This document shows, piece after piece, positions 52,669-62,439 of a DNA stretch of 64,000 bases. Positions within the stretch are counted from its first letter, which is position 1, and each line of letters opens with the position of its first letter. The DNA is from Clostridia bacterium. Its GTDB lineage: Bacteria; Bacillota; Clostridia; UBA1212. The translations under genes and the position numbers were made by a program. A model generated the notes under the pieces. That model was not told the origin of the DNA. It saw only the letters and a list, made by a program, of their open reading frames with translations, and made no database searches. Location: positions 4,560 through 68,559 of the forward strand of contig JAGDAX010000014.1 in NCBI GenBank assembly GCA_017848335.1, in the 5' to 3' direction.

Positions 52669-55232
52669 TGGTCATCATGCTCCTTTTCTTTTTTTGCTTT
52701 GGCGCGGGCTGCGTAAACGGCAGCTGCAGAGCAAACGGCGCCGGCTGAAACGGCCGCGGCTGAAACGGCAGCCGCGCCTGAAGGCAGCGCACCCTTGCAG
52801 CCCCTTGCGCTTCTGTCACCGTCGGACTTGGGCGGAATCATCCCGGCGGCAAGCTGATATTTGAATCTGCCGCCCGGCGCAGTGTCGCCCATAGTATAAA
52901 GCTCCAGCACGTCCGGAGCCCCGGCCTTCTCCAAAAGGTTGTTGTCCGCCCATTTGAAATTGAGCACGAACCCGCCTTCGGCCACGCCGAGGTCTGCACG
53001 CTTCACGCGCACCTGGATCGTATTGCCGGTCACGCGGTAGTCCGCGTCGGAAACCTTCTCCCAGCTCCAGCCGCCCTTTGACCTCTCGAGGGCAGTCAGG
53101 CTGTCGCTTTCGGGGGTGCTCCTGTTGATAATGAAGTTGAAGCTTTCCCAGGAGGGCAGGGCGCTCTTCTTGCCGGAGGTCGGGACCACCTCTATGAGAA
53201 GCCGCATCCAGGCATTGTCGGTGCGGGCCGTGATATTTTCCGCGGTTTCGGCGAGGAAATAGACGTATTCCGCGTCGTAGGATGCCTTGGCGGACACGAT
53301 GTCGTTGCGGCCCGAATCGTCGGTGTAGCGGAAAAACTCGCCGGTGTAATTGTTTTTGTACCCCAAAGAATCGCGGTCTCCGGTGTCGCCGCCGTAGGAT
53401 TCGTACACGCTTGTCACGTCGTCCCAGCCCTCGCCGGTGGCTATGTCAACTGTCACGGGGCCTGCGGCCGGAGAGGCAGCGGGCACGCCCTTGTACTTGC
53501 GGATAAACTCGCACAGCTGGTAGTAATAGTGATCCTTGAGGTCGCCCTTGGAGGGCTCGATGTCGCGGCTGAATTCGTCGCTGAAATTGTCCGGGAACGC
53601 GTTGGGCACGCCCAGGAAGTCCTCGAAGCGGCCGGCCACACCCTCGTTCCAGCCAGTGACCCACACAAATTCGGGGTCCACCGAGAGAGCGTATTCCCAC
53701 TGCTCCTCGAAATAGGCGCCGTAAAGCTTGGCATCGGGACGCGGGTCGTAGTCCTTGAGTGAGGGCCTGTAATGCCTGCCGAAGACCTTGTACTCGCTGT
53801 TGTTCATTGCGGTGAGATGCGTCTCTGCGCACCAATTGTGGGCGATGGCCACCGCCACCTCCTCCGGCGTGCCGTCCGGGTTTTTATTCACGAGCTGCGG
53901 ACTGACCGCGATCCAGTTCCACAGAATATAATTGTCCTCGATCTCCTTCTGGATGGCGCCCATGATGCGCGGCGTGCCGTCCGGATCCATGACCTGAACG
54001 TGGTCCTGCGACTGGGCGTGGTTGATCACGCGATAATTGAAAAAGTCGATTATTTCCGCGTCAAGGGGATCCCGCCCGGACAGCATTCCCGGCCATCCCA
54101 CGATGAGAGGCTTGCCCTTCCAGAAGAACCACAGATCCTTGTAAATTCCCTCTTTATAGAGCTTTTTGTATATCTCGCGAAGCTGCGCCGCGGTGTCGCC
54201 GTACTCAAACATCGGGAGCATAAACGAAATCTTGGGCGCGTTGACGCCTTCCGCTCTCGCCTCGGACCAGACCTTGAGAAGCACCAGCACGTCGTCCATA
54301 AAGGTCGCGGTTCCGTTGGTGTTGTCAAAGAAGACCGCGTCCACGCCTGCGTCCGCCAGAAGCTCCGCCTGCCGCCTCAGCACCCATTCGTCGCTTGACC
54401 GGTAGTAGCCCCACAGCGGCTCGTTCCAGTGGTAGGCGCCGGCATTTCCCCACAGCGGGCTCGTGAAGTCGTTCCTGATCTCAGGGTGTTCACTGAGAAT
54501 CTCGGTAATGTTGCGTGTGCCCAAGGGGGCGTTGCTGCTGTGCCACGTGTGGAAAAAGATGCCGACGGTCTTGCCGGGCCTCGAGGTGTCGGTGTATGAG
54601 TTATGGACGCTTCTCCCGAGCCCGTCGGTGGCTACCCAGGTGCCCTGCGAGCTGACCAGGTAAATATTGTTTGGGGAGATCTCCTGCAGCGTGCCGCCTC
54701 CTTCCTTGTAGACGACCCGCGCGTTGACGTTCCCGTCGCGGGCAGACGCGTTAAGGTAGGTCCGGGCGAAGTCGGAATTGCCGCGCTCCAGCGTCAGCTG
54801 AACGTTGCCCTTGCTGTCCTTTATGACCAGCAGATACTCGCCTGCGGGTGCGCTGACCTTGAGGCTCAGCCACACGTCCATGTCAAAGCCCTCGAAGACC
54901 TGTGAAGCGATGGGCGTGCCCTTCACGGTCTGCCCGTAACCGCCCTGCCACGCGTAAAGCTCGGCGGTGAGGCCGGTCAGGCTGTTCATCGACACCTTCG
55001 CCACGTAAATTTCGACCGCGGCGATCTCCTGACAGGGTGCAAACTGCACCGCGTAGGTGTTGCCGGAGAGCTTCACGAGCTCGGTGGCGTTGTCAGGGTT
55101 TGCAAAATACTGTACGCTTCCTTTGGCCATACTTTTGATCAGTCCTCCCGTCAATATTATCAGTCCGCAAAGCACGGCGCACACGGCTGAGGCTATGCGG
55201 CTTTGGCCGGTCTTTTTGTGATTGTGGTTCAT
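52665..55232 (-). CDS. membrane-anchored putative glycoside hydrolase-like TIM-barrel protein (855 aa)
   Basis: N-terminal signal anchor. GIFFHTWH...WGYYRSSDEWVLRRQAELLADAGVDAVFFDNTNG is typical of (beta/alpha)8 glycosidase-like families. C-terminal Ala-rich helix plus a KAKKEKE tail. Family assignment is tentative. Confidence 0.7.
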   Translation of the reverse strand: MNHNHKKTGQSRIASAVCAVLCGLIILTGGLIKSMAKGSVQYFANPDNATELVKLSGNTYAVQFAPCQEIAAVEIYVAKVSMNSLTGLTAELYAWQGGYGQTVKGTPIASQVFEGFDMDVWLSLKVSAPAGEYLLVIKDSKGNVQLTLERGNSDFARTYLNASARDGNVNARVVYKEGGGTLQEISPNNIYLVSSQGTWVATDGLGRSVHNSYTDTSRPGKTVGIFFHTWHSSNAPLGTRNITEILSEHPEIRNDFTSPLWGNAGAYHWNEPLWGYYRSSDEWVLRRQAELLADAGVDAVFFDNTNGTATFMDDVLVLLKVWSEARAEGVNAPKISFMLPMFEYGDTAAQLREIYKKLYKEGIYKDLWFFWKGKPLIVGWPGMLSGRDPLDAEIIDFFNYRVINHAQSQDHVQVMDPDGTPRIMGAIQKEIEDNYILWNWIAVSPQLVNKNPDGTPEEVAVAIAHNWCAETHLTAMNNSEYKVFGRHYRPSLKDYDPRPDAKLYGAYFEEQWEYALSVDPEFVWVTGWNEGVAGRFEDFLGVPNAFPDNFSDEFSRDIEPSKGDLKDHYYYQLCEFIRKYKGVPAASPAAGPVTVDIATGEGWDDVTSVYESYGGDTGDRDSLGYKNNYTGEFFRYTDDSGRNDIVSAKASYDAEYVYFLAETAENITARTDNAWMRLLIEVVPTSGKKSALPSWESFNFIINRSTPESDSLTALERSKGGWSWEKVSDADYRVTGNTIQVRVKRADLGVAEGGFVLNFKWADNNLLEKAGAPDVLELYTMGDTAPGGRFKYQLAAGMIPPKSDGDRSARGCKGALPSGAAAVSAAAVSAGAVCSAAAVYAARAKAKKEKEHDDQ

Positions 55233-55428
55233 GGTTTTGTTCTCCGTTTTTTGATGCGGATCCGGACGCGGCCTGGCGCGGCAGGAGGCCCGGATGCGGT
55301 TTGGGTCGGTTTGGGTTTGGATTTTCGGGTTGCGGGTCGGTCTGGGCTTTGGGGCCGCGGGACGGGCCCTTCTGCCGCCCGTACTTTTCCCGGCTTCAGG
55401 GACCGGCTTCAGATAAAGATCCGGCGTC

Positions 55429-56274
55429 CTATTCCAGCCCGGAGTCGCTGAGCGGCCCGTACTTATTGTTGGGCGTGTCGACGTACGTCAGCTTCGCGCA
55501 GACTGAAACGTCGTACCATATCTCATCGTCAAGATACGCCCGCTGATAAGGGCATTCCGCGTTCACGAACCACACGCCCGAATTGCACATTGCCGCGGTG
55601 GAGCCGTATTCCGCCGCGAGAATATATTCCCCCGCGGGCAGACTTTCTGCTTCCAGCGGCACCAGTACGCCGTCCTGCCAGTCCTCGAGGAACGCGGTCG
55701 CCACAGGCTTCCCGGTCATTGTGGAATCGTAATCGCCCGCCCATTTGTACAGGCTGTATTCAACGTTGTATCCTTCTTTGGCGGTCCAGGTAGGCGACTC
55801 AAAGCCGACGGAAGAAAACGCTGCCGTGGCACGGAACTGCATCGCGATAATATGCCCCGTTCCGCAATAAGCCTCCTTGGCCCCGTTTTCGTAAAGCGCG
55901 GCAGTGCTTTTCCTGCCTTCCGCTTTGATGCCGCCGGAATAATCGGTCTCCTCCGTCCCCGAAGGCTTCCCGGTGGGAGCTGTGCCCTCTGTCCCGGATC
56001 CTCCTGTCTTGATTTCCTCAGTCCCGGTTTCTCCGGTATCGCCGCCCGGAGTCCCTGAAGGGTCGCTGCTGGGCACGGGAGAGGTGGTCCTCCTTGGCGC
56101 GTCAGGGCTGCCTTCTTCCGCACCGGCGGTGTCAAAAGCGGGAACAGGGGAGGCGTCGGAATGCATTTTCCCCGGATCTGTGTTACCGGTCTGCCCGGTG
56201 CACCCGCCAATGCCTGCCGCCGCGATAATGACCGCCAGAAGCGCCGTTATTGTTACCGTAAATTTTGTCCTCAT
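55429..56274 (-). CDS. hypothetical lipoprotein (281 aa)
   Basis: GGAGG RBS. Lipobox AAGIGGC. Gly/Thr/Pro/Glu linker. The C-terminal domain is paralogous to the N-terminal domain of the 855-aa neighbour. Confidence 0.8.
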   Translation of the reverse strand: MRTKFTVTITALLAVIIAAAGIGGCTGQTGNTDPGKMHSDASPVPAFDTAGAEEGSPDAPRRTTSPVPSSDPSGTPGGDTGETGTEEIKTGGSGTEGTAPTGKPSGTEETDYSGGIKAEGRKSTAALYENGAKEAYCGTGHIIAMQFRATAAFSSVGFESPTWTAKEGYNVEYSLYKWAGDYDSTMTGKPVATAFLEDWQDGVLVPLEAESLPAGEYILAAEYGSTAAMCNSGVWFVNAECPYQRAYLDDEIWYDVSVCAKLTYVDTPNNKYGPLSDSGLE

Positions 56275-56575
56275 GGCAAGAAGATCCTCCTGCTGTTTAT
56301 GGGAGCATTATATCATAGGAACGGGGCGCGTGCCAAGGGCTTCAGCATCGTTTCAGCATCGTTTCAAGCCTCGCGGCCGGAGCATCGAGCTTTGCGGCAG
56401 GAGCCGGTCGCAGCCGCGAAAAGAGGATATCAGAACTACGACAAGAGCCATCCGGAGCCACGCCTGCCGCCACGCCGGCCGCCACGTCTGCCGCCGCGCC
56501 GAAAGCTGCGCCCGCCGCCACTCCGAAGGCCGCGCGCAAGGAAACACCTGAAGACGTTCAAAAGCTGAAGACATG

Positions 56576-56640
56576 CAAAAAACCTGCCGCAGCAGGATCC
56601 CGAAGCAGAAGCTTTGGATCCCGAGGGCAGGGCTTTTGTT
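56576..56640. terminator. bidirectional Rho-independent terminator (compound hairpin)
   Basis: CCTGCC...GGATCC / GGATCC...GGCAGG stems, flanked by AAAAAA (56577-82) and CTTTTGTTT. About 90 nt downstream of the minus-strand stop at 56730. Confidence 0.6.
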
Positions 56641-56729
56641 TACGCTTGATTTGTGACGATCAGGCAGTCCGAGACCGAACTATCCGATACCGGTCCGTCC
56701 GATACCGGTCCGTCAAAAATCGATCCGCA

Positions 56730-57734
56730 TCAGTAAGCCTTCACGGTGACGTTGTCGATTATCGCACCGACGCAGTGCGTCCAGATGGAGAAGCTTGCGC
56801 CATCCAGAATGCCCGGATCGTTTTCGATCGACTTGACGAGGGTGCCGCTTGCGTCGTACACGGAGACGTTGTCGCCGCTCGCGTCAACGGAGCAGACAAG
56901 CGCGGAGTTGACGTAGAGGAACGCCTTCTTCTCGTTGGTGGTAACCATCGTGACGTGGGCCTCGCTCTTGAAGAGGTCCTTTTCGCCCTTTACCACGGCT
57001 GCGCCGGTCGGGAAGCCGCCGTCACCCAAGCCTGTGACGCCGATAAGCGGGAACTGGCCGCGGTTGTTCAAGCCGATGAAGAGACCGTCCGTGGGGTCGA
57101 CCGGAATACGTGAAATGGGATTCGTAAGGAAGAAACCCACAAACGAAGCAAACCACACGCCGTCGTCTCTTACGGTGCCGCTGTTCTCGCCCAGATACGC
57201 GAGCTTGAGGTCAAAGGAAAGCTGAACCTGCTGGTAGCCGGACGCGCTGAAGTCCTCGAGTTCGTCGATGAGCGGGTAGTATGCGTTGTGGTTGTCCAGA
57301 GCCTCGCCGTCAAGAATGTTGAGGCAGAGCTTGCCGTCCACAACCTCTTCTCTGCCCTCGGTGTTGAGTCCCGCGTTGTCGAGGAAGGTGGAGTCGTCGT
57401 CAAACGCCTCCGAGAAGAGCGTCTCAAGGCCTTCAAGGTCATCCTTGAAGATCTTGCCCTTGTCCTCGCCAAGGTCCACCTTCACGACGGGAACCTCTGT
57501 GGGAGCTTCGGTAGGTGCCTCGGTAGGCTCTTCCGTGGGCTCTTCAGCCGGTTCGTCCGTGGGATCCCCGACCGGAACGTCAGTGGGCTCTTCAGCGGGA
57601 GCCTCTGTGTTCTGCCCGGATGGTACTTCCGTGGGGGTGGTCTGTTCATCGGGTGCTTTTGTGCAGGCAGCAAAAGATAAAATGATGCAGAGAGCCGTAA
57701 TTACAGCGATTATGCACGTTCCTATTCTTTTCAT
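56730..57734 (-). CDS. hypothetical lipoprotein (334 aa), concanavalin/LamG-like by eye
   Basis: AGGAGG RBS. Lipobox LSFAAC. Pro/Thr/Glu linker (EEPTEEPTEAPTEAPTE). Confidence 0.8.
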   Translation of the reverse strand: MKRIGTCIIAVITALCIILSFAACTKAPDEQTTPTEVPSGQNTEAPAEEPTDVPVGDPTDEPAEEPTEEPTEAPTEAPTEVPVVKVDLGEDKGKIFKDDLEGLETLFSEAFDDDSTFLDNAGLNTEGREEVVDGKLCLNILDGEALDNHNAYYPLIDELEDFSASGYQQVQLSFDLKLAYLGENSGTVRDDGVWFASFVGFFLTNPISRIPVDPTDGLFIGLNNRGQFPLIGVTGLGDGGFPTGAAVVKGEKDLFKSEAHVTMVTTNEKKAFLYVNSALVCSVDASGDNVSVYDASGTLVKSIENDPGILDGASFSIWTHCVGAIIDNVTVKAY

Positions 57735-57885
57735 ATTGTTCCTCCTGATGGAATTGTCGAAGCAAAATATGGCCTTGCTTCATGATAAATGAAGTATAAA
57801 GCGAAAACTGCCTGATGTCAATAGAGGTGATTCCCGTTGAACAAGACCACCCGTTACAATTTTACACCGTCATTCCCATTGACTG

Positions 57886-58716
57886 CTACAACACTATAAC
57901 CAGTTCGATCATTTGTTCGCACACAGATGAGTCGCCGATACTCACATCGTACTGTCTTACGACGGCTGTTTGATTGTTTTCAAGTATCGTGAGCAGTGTA
58001 TTTTTGATTTCGTAACGATACGTGCAGCCCTCCTTTTCAATGCTCTTGAGCTTTTGCATGGCATTTTCGTCTATCATTTTCTCTGTGTCGTCGGGAAGAG
58101 TCAGATCGTCGGGAACACGCTCTGTCATTGTGGACGCATATCCGATAATATCGCCGTCATAGTTCAAAGTTACGGAAAAGGAATCCGTGGCTGTGAATCC
58201 TGCCACTTCTTGCGAGAAACAGACTGCGGTATATTTTGAATATGGATCGTCAGACACATTAATGATCGTGTATGCGGATATATTCCTCAGTGAGGAAGCA
58301 AACTGCTTAGCCTTTTCTATACATTCGGAATCGGATAATGCTTGAACTTCAGAAGCGGCTTTTCTGGGAAAGATGAAGAAAGACAGCTTTCCGTCGGTTT
58401 CAGTCATAAACAATCCTTCATCACTCATATATTCATACTCCAAATAAGTGTTATATTTTCTTTTGGACGTGCCGGAGTATGTTCCTTTAACATCGTGACC
58501 GTCTATTGAGATCGTCATTTCTCCCGGCGCATCCGGGGATTCGCTGACAGTACAGAATTGAAAATCCGCTTCCGCTATGATGAAGTCGGCATTGTCCGAT
58601 ATATCGGACGCGTAAACCGATAACGTTTTGTTGTTTCTATACGGGTCGGTCGCACATCCGAAGGCAGAACCTGCAACCAGTACGACGGTAATTACTAATA
58701 TGATCATCTTTTTCAT
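57886..58716 (-). CDS. hypothetical lipoprotein (276 aa) in a low-GC islet
   Basis: AAGGAG RBS before MKKMIILVITVVLVAGSAFGC (lipobox). The local sequence is visibly more AT-rich than its neighbours. Confidence 0.75.
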   Translation of the reverse strand: MKKMIILVITVVLVAGSAFGCATDPYRNNKTLSVYASDISDNADFIIAEADFQFCTVSESPDAPGEMTISIDGHDVKGTYSGTSKRKYNTYLEYEYMSDEGLFMTETDGKLSFFIFPRKAASEVQALSDSECIEKAKQFASSLRNISAYTIINVSDDPYSKYTAVCFSQEVAGFTATDSFSVTLNYDGDIIGYASTMTERVPDDLTLPDDTEKMIDENAMQKLKSIEKEGCTYRYEIKNTLLTILENNQTAVVRQYDVSIGDSSVCEQMIELVIVL

Positions 58717-59041
58717 GGTTTGTGTCTCCTTATTCATAATTGTTCATAAATCAGAAAGTTGGCACGCCGAAAATCTTCAGCAGCTTAAGTCTACCGTATC
58801 ATTTCGTAACAGTCTTACTACAAAACGTTACACTATCCGGCACACAGCACACCTGGCACACAGAGCGCAGCACATGGAACACAGAGCGCATACGGTGATT
58901 TGCGGTCTTTGAAACACTGCAGTCATTGAAACGATGAGAGCAAAGCAAAACCGGCGGAAGGTGGAAATGCCGGGCGAAAAACGTAATATTCCTGCGGAGC
59001 TGCCGTGCGGCAAACCGTTTTATTCGATAAACACTGAAAAC

Positions 59042-59187
59042 CCGAAAAAAACGATATTCCGCGACGATCTCGAAAAGCCCCGAAAAAAAACGATATTCCG
59101 CGACGATCTCGAAAAGCTCCGAAAAAAACCGACATTCCGCGATACCTCCGAAAAACCGCGATACCCCCGAAAAACCGCGATAGCCCC
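59042..59187. repeat. tandem repeat: ~38 bp x2 (GAAAAAAACGATATTCCGCGACGATCTCGAAAAGCYCC) then ~19-29 bp x3 (GAAAAACCGCGATA-type)
   Basis: Read directly. A further CGGCKTTTYC-type array follows at about 59250-59335. Confidence 0.9.
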
Positions 59188-59588
59188 GGATATGATCCGG
59201 CGTTTTAACTGTCATATTCCCTGCCGGCCGATTCTCTGTTATTTCCCGCGGGAACCGGCTTTTTCGGCTTTTCCGGCGTTTTCCGGCGTTTTCTGCTTTT
59301 GCGGCGCGATTTGCGGCTTTTTTGCACCTGTTGAGGCGTTTTTTTCCTTGACTAATTTGCCGCGCTGGTATACTATTTACACAGCAGATTTGAGGGGCAT
59401 TTTTTTTACCGCAGGAGTCTGCGTTATTTTTGGGATTTCAGCAGACTTAACGTGCGGCCTTTCCATTCGCGGGCCTTATTCAAACGGGTATTGACGCGGA
59501 TCTGCGGCGGGTTTGCGGCGTCCGGCTGTCTGTTATTCACGATTCTAAACCATCCACACGATCAAACTATTTTTAAGGAGACCAGATT

Positions 59589-60641
59589 ATGATTAAGCAC
59601 AATATTATTCTTGTCGGTTGCGGCGCGATTGCGTTCCGCTGGCTCGACCACATCACCAAACGCGACGATTGCAGGCTTGTTGCTCTCGTGGACAAAAATC
59701 CCGAGAACGCTCAAAAATACAGCGAGCGGTACAGTCTTACCTGCCCCATCTACACCGACATCGACGAAGCCCTTGACAAGGAAAAAGGCGACCTTCTGAT
59801 CGACCTTACCTTCGTGACGGTCCACTGGCAGATAGTCACAAAGGCGCTCAGGGCCGGCTACGACGTTTTCGGCGAGAAGCCCATGGCGTTCACGGTGGAC
59901 CAGGTCAACGAGATCCTCAAGACCGTCAAGGAAACCGGCAAGCACTACTTCGTGATGCAGAACCGCCGCTTCATCGACCGCGTCGAAAAAATGAGAAACC
60001 TTGTAAAATCCGGCCTTCTCGGCGATCCCACGCTCCTCAGCGGCGAGATATACGTCAATGCCGATATGGGCAGCGTGCGCAACGCTTTCAAGTATCCTCA
60101 GCTTCAGGACAACAACATCCACAGCTTCGATCTGGGACGCTATCTGGTGGACGGCAAGCCCAAGTCTGTCATATACCACAGCTTCCGTCCGAAGGACTCC
60201 ATGTACACGGGCGACTCGGCCTGCGACGCTGTGTTCGAGTTTGACAACGGCGTGACGTTCCTTTTCCGCGGATACAACGGCGCTCAGGCCTGCTGGACCT
60301 CCTGGGACAACCAGTGGCGCATCGACTGCGAAAAGGGCTCGATAGTCTGGGACGGCTTCGGCGACGTGCATTACCAGTATTTTGAGACAAGCAACGGTCT
60401 CCATTACGGCGAGTGGTTCAAGGAGGGCGTTTTCGAGAAGCCTGAGGTGGTACGCGACCAGCACGACGGAGCTCTCGAGGATCTGTTCGACGCTCTCGAG
60501 ACAGGCCGCACGCCGGGTACCGATTGCTGGGATAACGTCTACAGCATTGCCATGGTGCTGGCGAGCATCAAGAGTATAGAAGAGAACCGGAAGGTGGAAA
60601 TCGAAGTCAACGACACCTATCCGTTCCTTGTTTTGAAATAA
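59589..60641 (+). CDS. Gfo/Idh/MocA family oxidoreductase
   Basis: AAGGAG RBS. N-terminal ILVGCGAIA Rossmann motif. EKP motif (GEKPMA). Confidence 0.9.
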   Translation: MIKHNIILVGCGAIAFRWLDHITKRDDCRLVALVDKNPENAQKYSERYSLTCPIYTDIDEALDKEKGDLLIDLTFVTVHWQIVTKALRAGYDVFGEKPMAFTVDQVNEILKTVKETGKHYFVMQNRRFIDRVEKMRNLVKSGLLGDPTLLSGEIYVNADMGSVRNAFKYPQLQDNNIHSFDLGRYLVDGKPKSVIYHSFRPKDSMYTGDSACDAVFEFDNGVTFLFRGYNGAQACWTSWDNQWRIDCEKGSIVWDGFGDVHYQYFETSNGLHYGEWFKEGVFEKPEVVRDQHDGALEDLFDALETGRTPGTDCWDNVYSIAMVLASIKSIEENRKVEIEVNDTYPFLVLK

Positions 60642-60651
60642 GGGGGTATGT

Positions 60652-62439
60652 ATGAAATTAACAGGCGGAGAAGTAATCGTAAAAAAACTTGTAAATGAAG
60701 AGGTACCGTACATTATCGGTATTCCCGGCCACGGCGTGCTGGGACTCTTCGACGCGATCCGCAGGGCTGACGACGAGGGCAAGATCAAATACCTTCAGGT
60801 GAAGCACGAGCAGGCCGCAACGGCAATGGCTGACGGCTATTACCGCGTGAAGGGCAGACCCCTGGCGGTGTTTGCTTCCATCGGCCCCGGCACGCTCAAC
60901 CTTGCCATCGGCCTCGGTACGGCTTATGCGGATTCGACACCGTTCCTGGCTCTCTGCGGCGACACCCACACCAATCTGTACGGCGTAGGCGTGCTTCAGG
61001 AGCTGGAGAGATATCACGACAGCAATATCCAGCGCGTGCTGGAGCCTATCACCAAGCGCTGCTGGCGCGCCGAGACGTCGGACCAGCTTCCGCGCATAAT
61101 GAACAACGCGTTCAAGGAAATGCTCACCGGAAGGCGCGGCCCCGTGGCCGTTACGCTTCCCATGGACGTTCAGGCGGCTTCCACCTGCAAGGACATTCCG
61201 CTTGACAGGCAGTCCATCTGGCCTCTACCCGCGGCGGACAAAAATTCCGTCAAGGAAGCCGTCGCGCTCATGAAGACAGCCAAAAGGCCGCTCATTTTTG
61301 TGGGCGCCGGAGCGATGCACGCCAAGGCGGGTGACCTTATCGAGAAGCTTGCCGAGAAGTGGGGCGCAGCCATCATCACGACGCTGGCCGCCAAGGGAAC
61401 CGTTCGCGAGACGCATCCCCAGTACTGCTTCCACACGGGCAGCAAGGGCACAAAAATCGGTCTTGAGATCAGCCGCTCCGCGGACGTGGTGCTGGCGCTC
61501 GGAACCCGCTTCGCGGACGAGTCGACCTGCTCCTACAGAAAGGGCGTGGCGTTTAATTTCCCGGATCAGAAGCTGGTGCAGGTGGATCTGGATTCCCATG
61601 AGATCGGCAAAAACTACAAGGCGGACGTGGGCGTGTACGCAGACGTGATCTCCTTCCTCAAGGCTCTCGAAGAGGAGAATCCTTCCTTCGATATCAACGA
61701 AGCGTATCTTGAGGAGATCGCCTCAAAGCGCAAGGCGTGGTTCGAATATGTGGGAAAAAAGCACGAGCCTAAGACCAAAGAGTTTACGATCTCAAGGCTT
61801 ATAGGTGTGCTCAATGAAAACCTTCCGGCGGATACCATTATTTCCACGTCCTCCGGCAACACACAGGCACAGCTGTTCCAGGAGTACTGCTATAAGGAGC
61901 GCTACTGCAACCTTACCACAGGCGGCTTCTCCACTATGGGATGGGCGGTGCCGGCGGCCTTCGGAGCCAAGCTTGCGGCGCCTGAGAGGCCTGTTGTGGC
62001 TCTCGTGGGAGACGGCGACTTCATGATGGTCATGCAGGAGCTCTCCACGGCGGCACAGTACGATATTCCGGTGATCACGATCGTCGCGGACAACAGAGGC
62101 TGGATGGCCATCAAGGACCTCCAGACCGACGTGCTGGGCATCGAGAACACCTTCGGAAATGACTTCCAACAGAGCGGCGAAATGTATGCCCCCGACTTCA
62201 AGATGATCGCGGAAGGCTTCAACATCAAGGCCTACAAGGCTGCGGACGAAGCCGAGCTCAGGGAAGCTCTCAGCGACGCCTTGACGCAGAAGGGTCCGAC
62301 GCTCATCCACGTACCGGTATCCTCGGAATTCCCGTATTCGGGCGGCGAGGCATTCGGCTGGTGGGATGTGCCGATCCCGGGCTACATGGAGGACAAGAGA
62401 AAGGCGTACGAAAATGCCATCAAAGAAGAAACCGTTTGA
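60652..62439 (+). CDS. thiamine-diphosphate-dependent enzyme (acetolactate synthase / IolD-like superfamily)
   Basis: 595 aa. N-terminal Pyr domain (HEQAATAMADGY), central domain, and C-terminal TPP motif GDGDFMM...N. Specific activity not assignable. Confidence 0.85.
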   Translation: MKLTGGEVIVKKLVNEEVPYIIGIPGHGVLGLFDAIRRADDEGKIKYLQVKHEQAATAMADGYYRVKGRPLAVFASIGPGTLNLAIGLGTAYADSTPFLALCGDTHTNLYGVGVLQELERYHDSNIQRVLEPITKRCWRAETSDQLPRIMNNAFKEMLTGRRGPVAVTLPMDVQAASTCKDIPLDRQSIWPLPAADKNSVKEAVALMKTAKRPLIFVGAGAMHAKAGDLIEKLAEKWGAAIITTLAAKGTVRETHPQYCFHTGSKGTKIGLEISRSADVVLALGTRFADESTCSYRKGVAFNFPDQKLVQVDLDSHEIGKNYKADVGVYADVISFLKALEEENPSFDINEAYLEEIASKRKAWFEYVGKKHEPKTKEFTISRLIGVLNENLPADTIISTSSGNTQAQLFQEYCYKERYCNLTTGGFSTMGWAVPAAFGAKLAAPERPVVALVGDGDFMMVMQELSTAAQYDIPVITIVADNRGWMAIKDLQTDVLGIENTFGNDFQQSGEMYAPDFKMIAEGFNIKAYKAADEAELREALSDALTQKGPTLIHVPVSSEFPYSGGEAFGWWDVPIPGYMEDKRKAYENAIKEETV

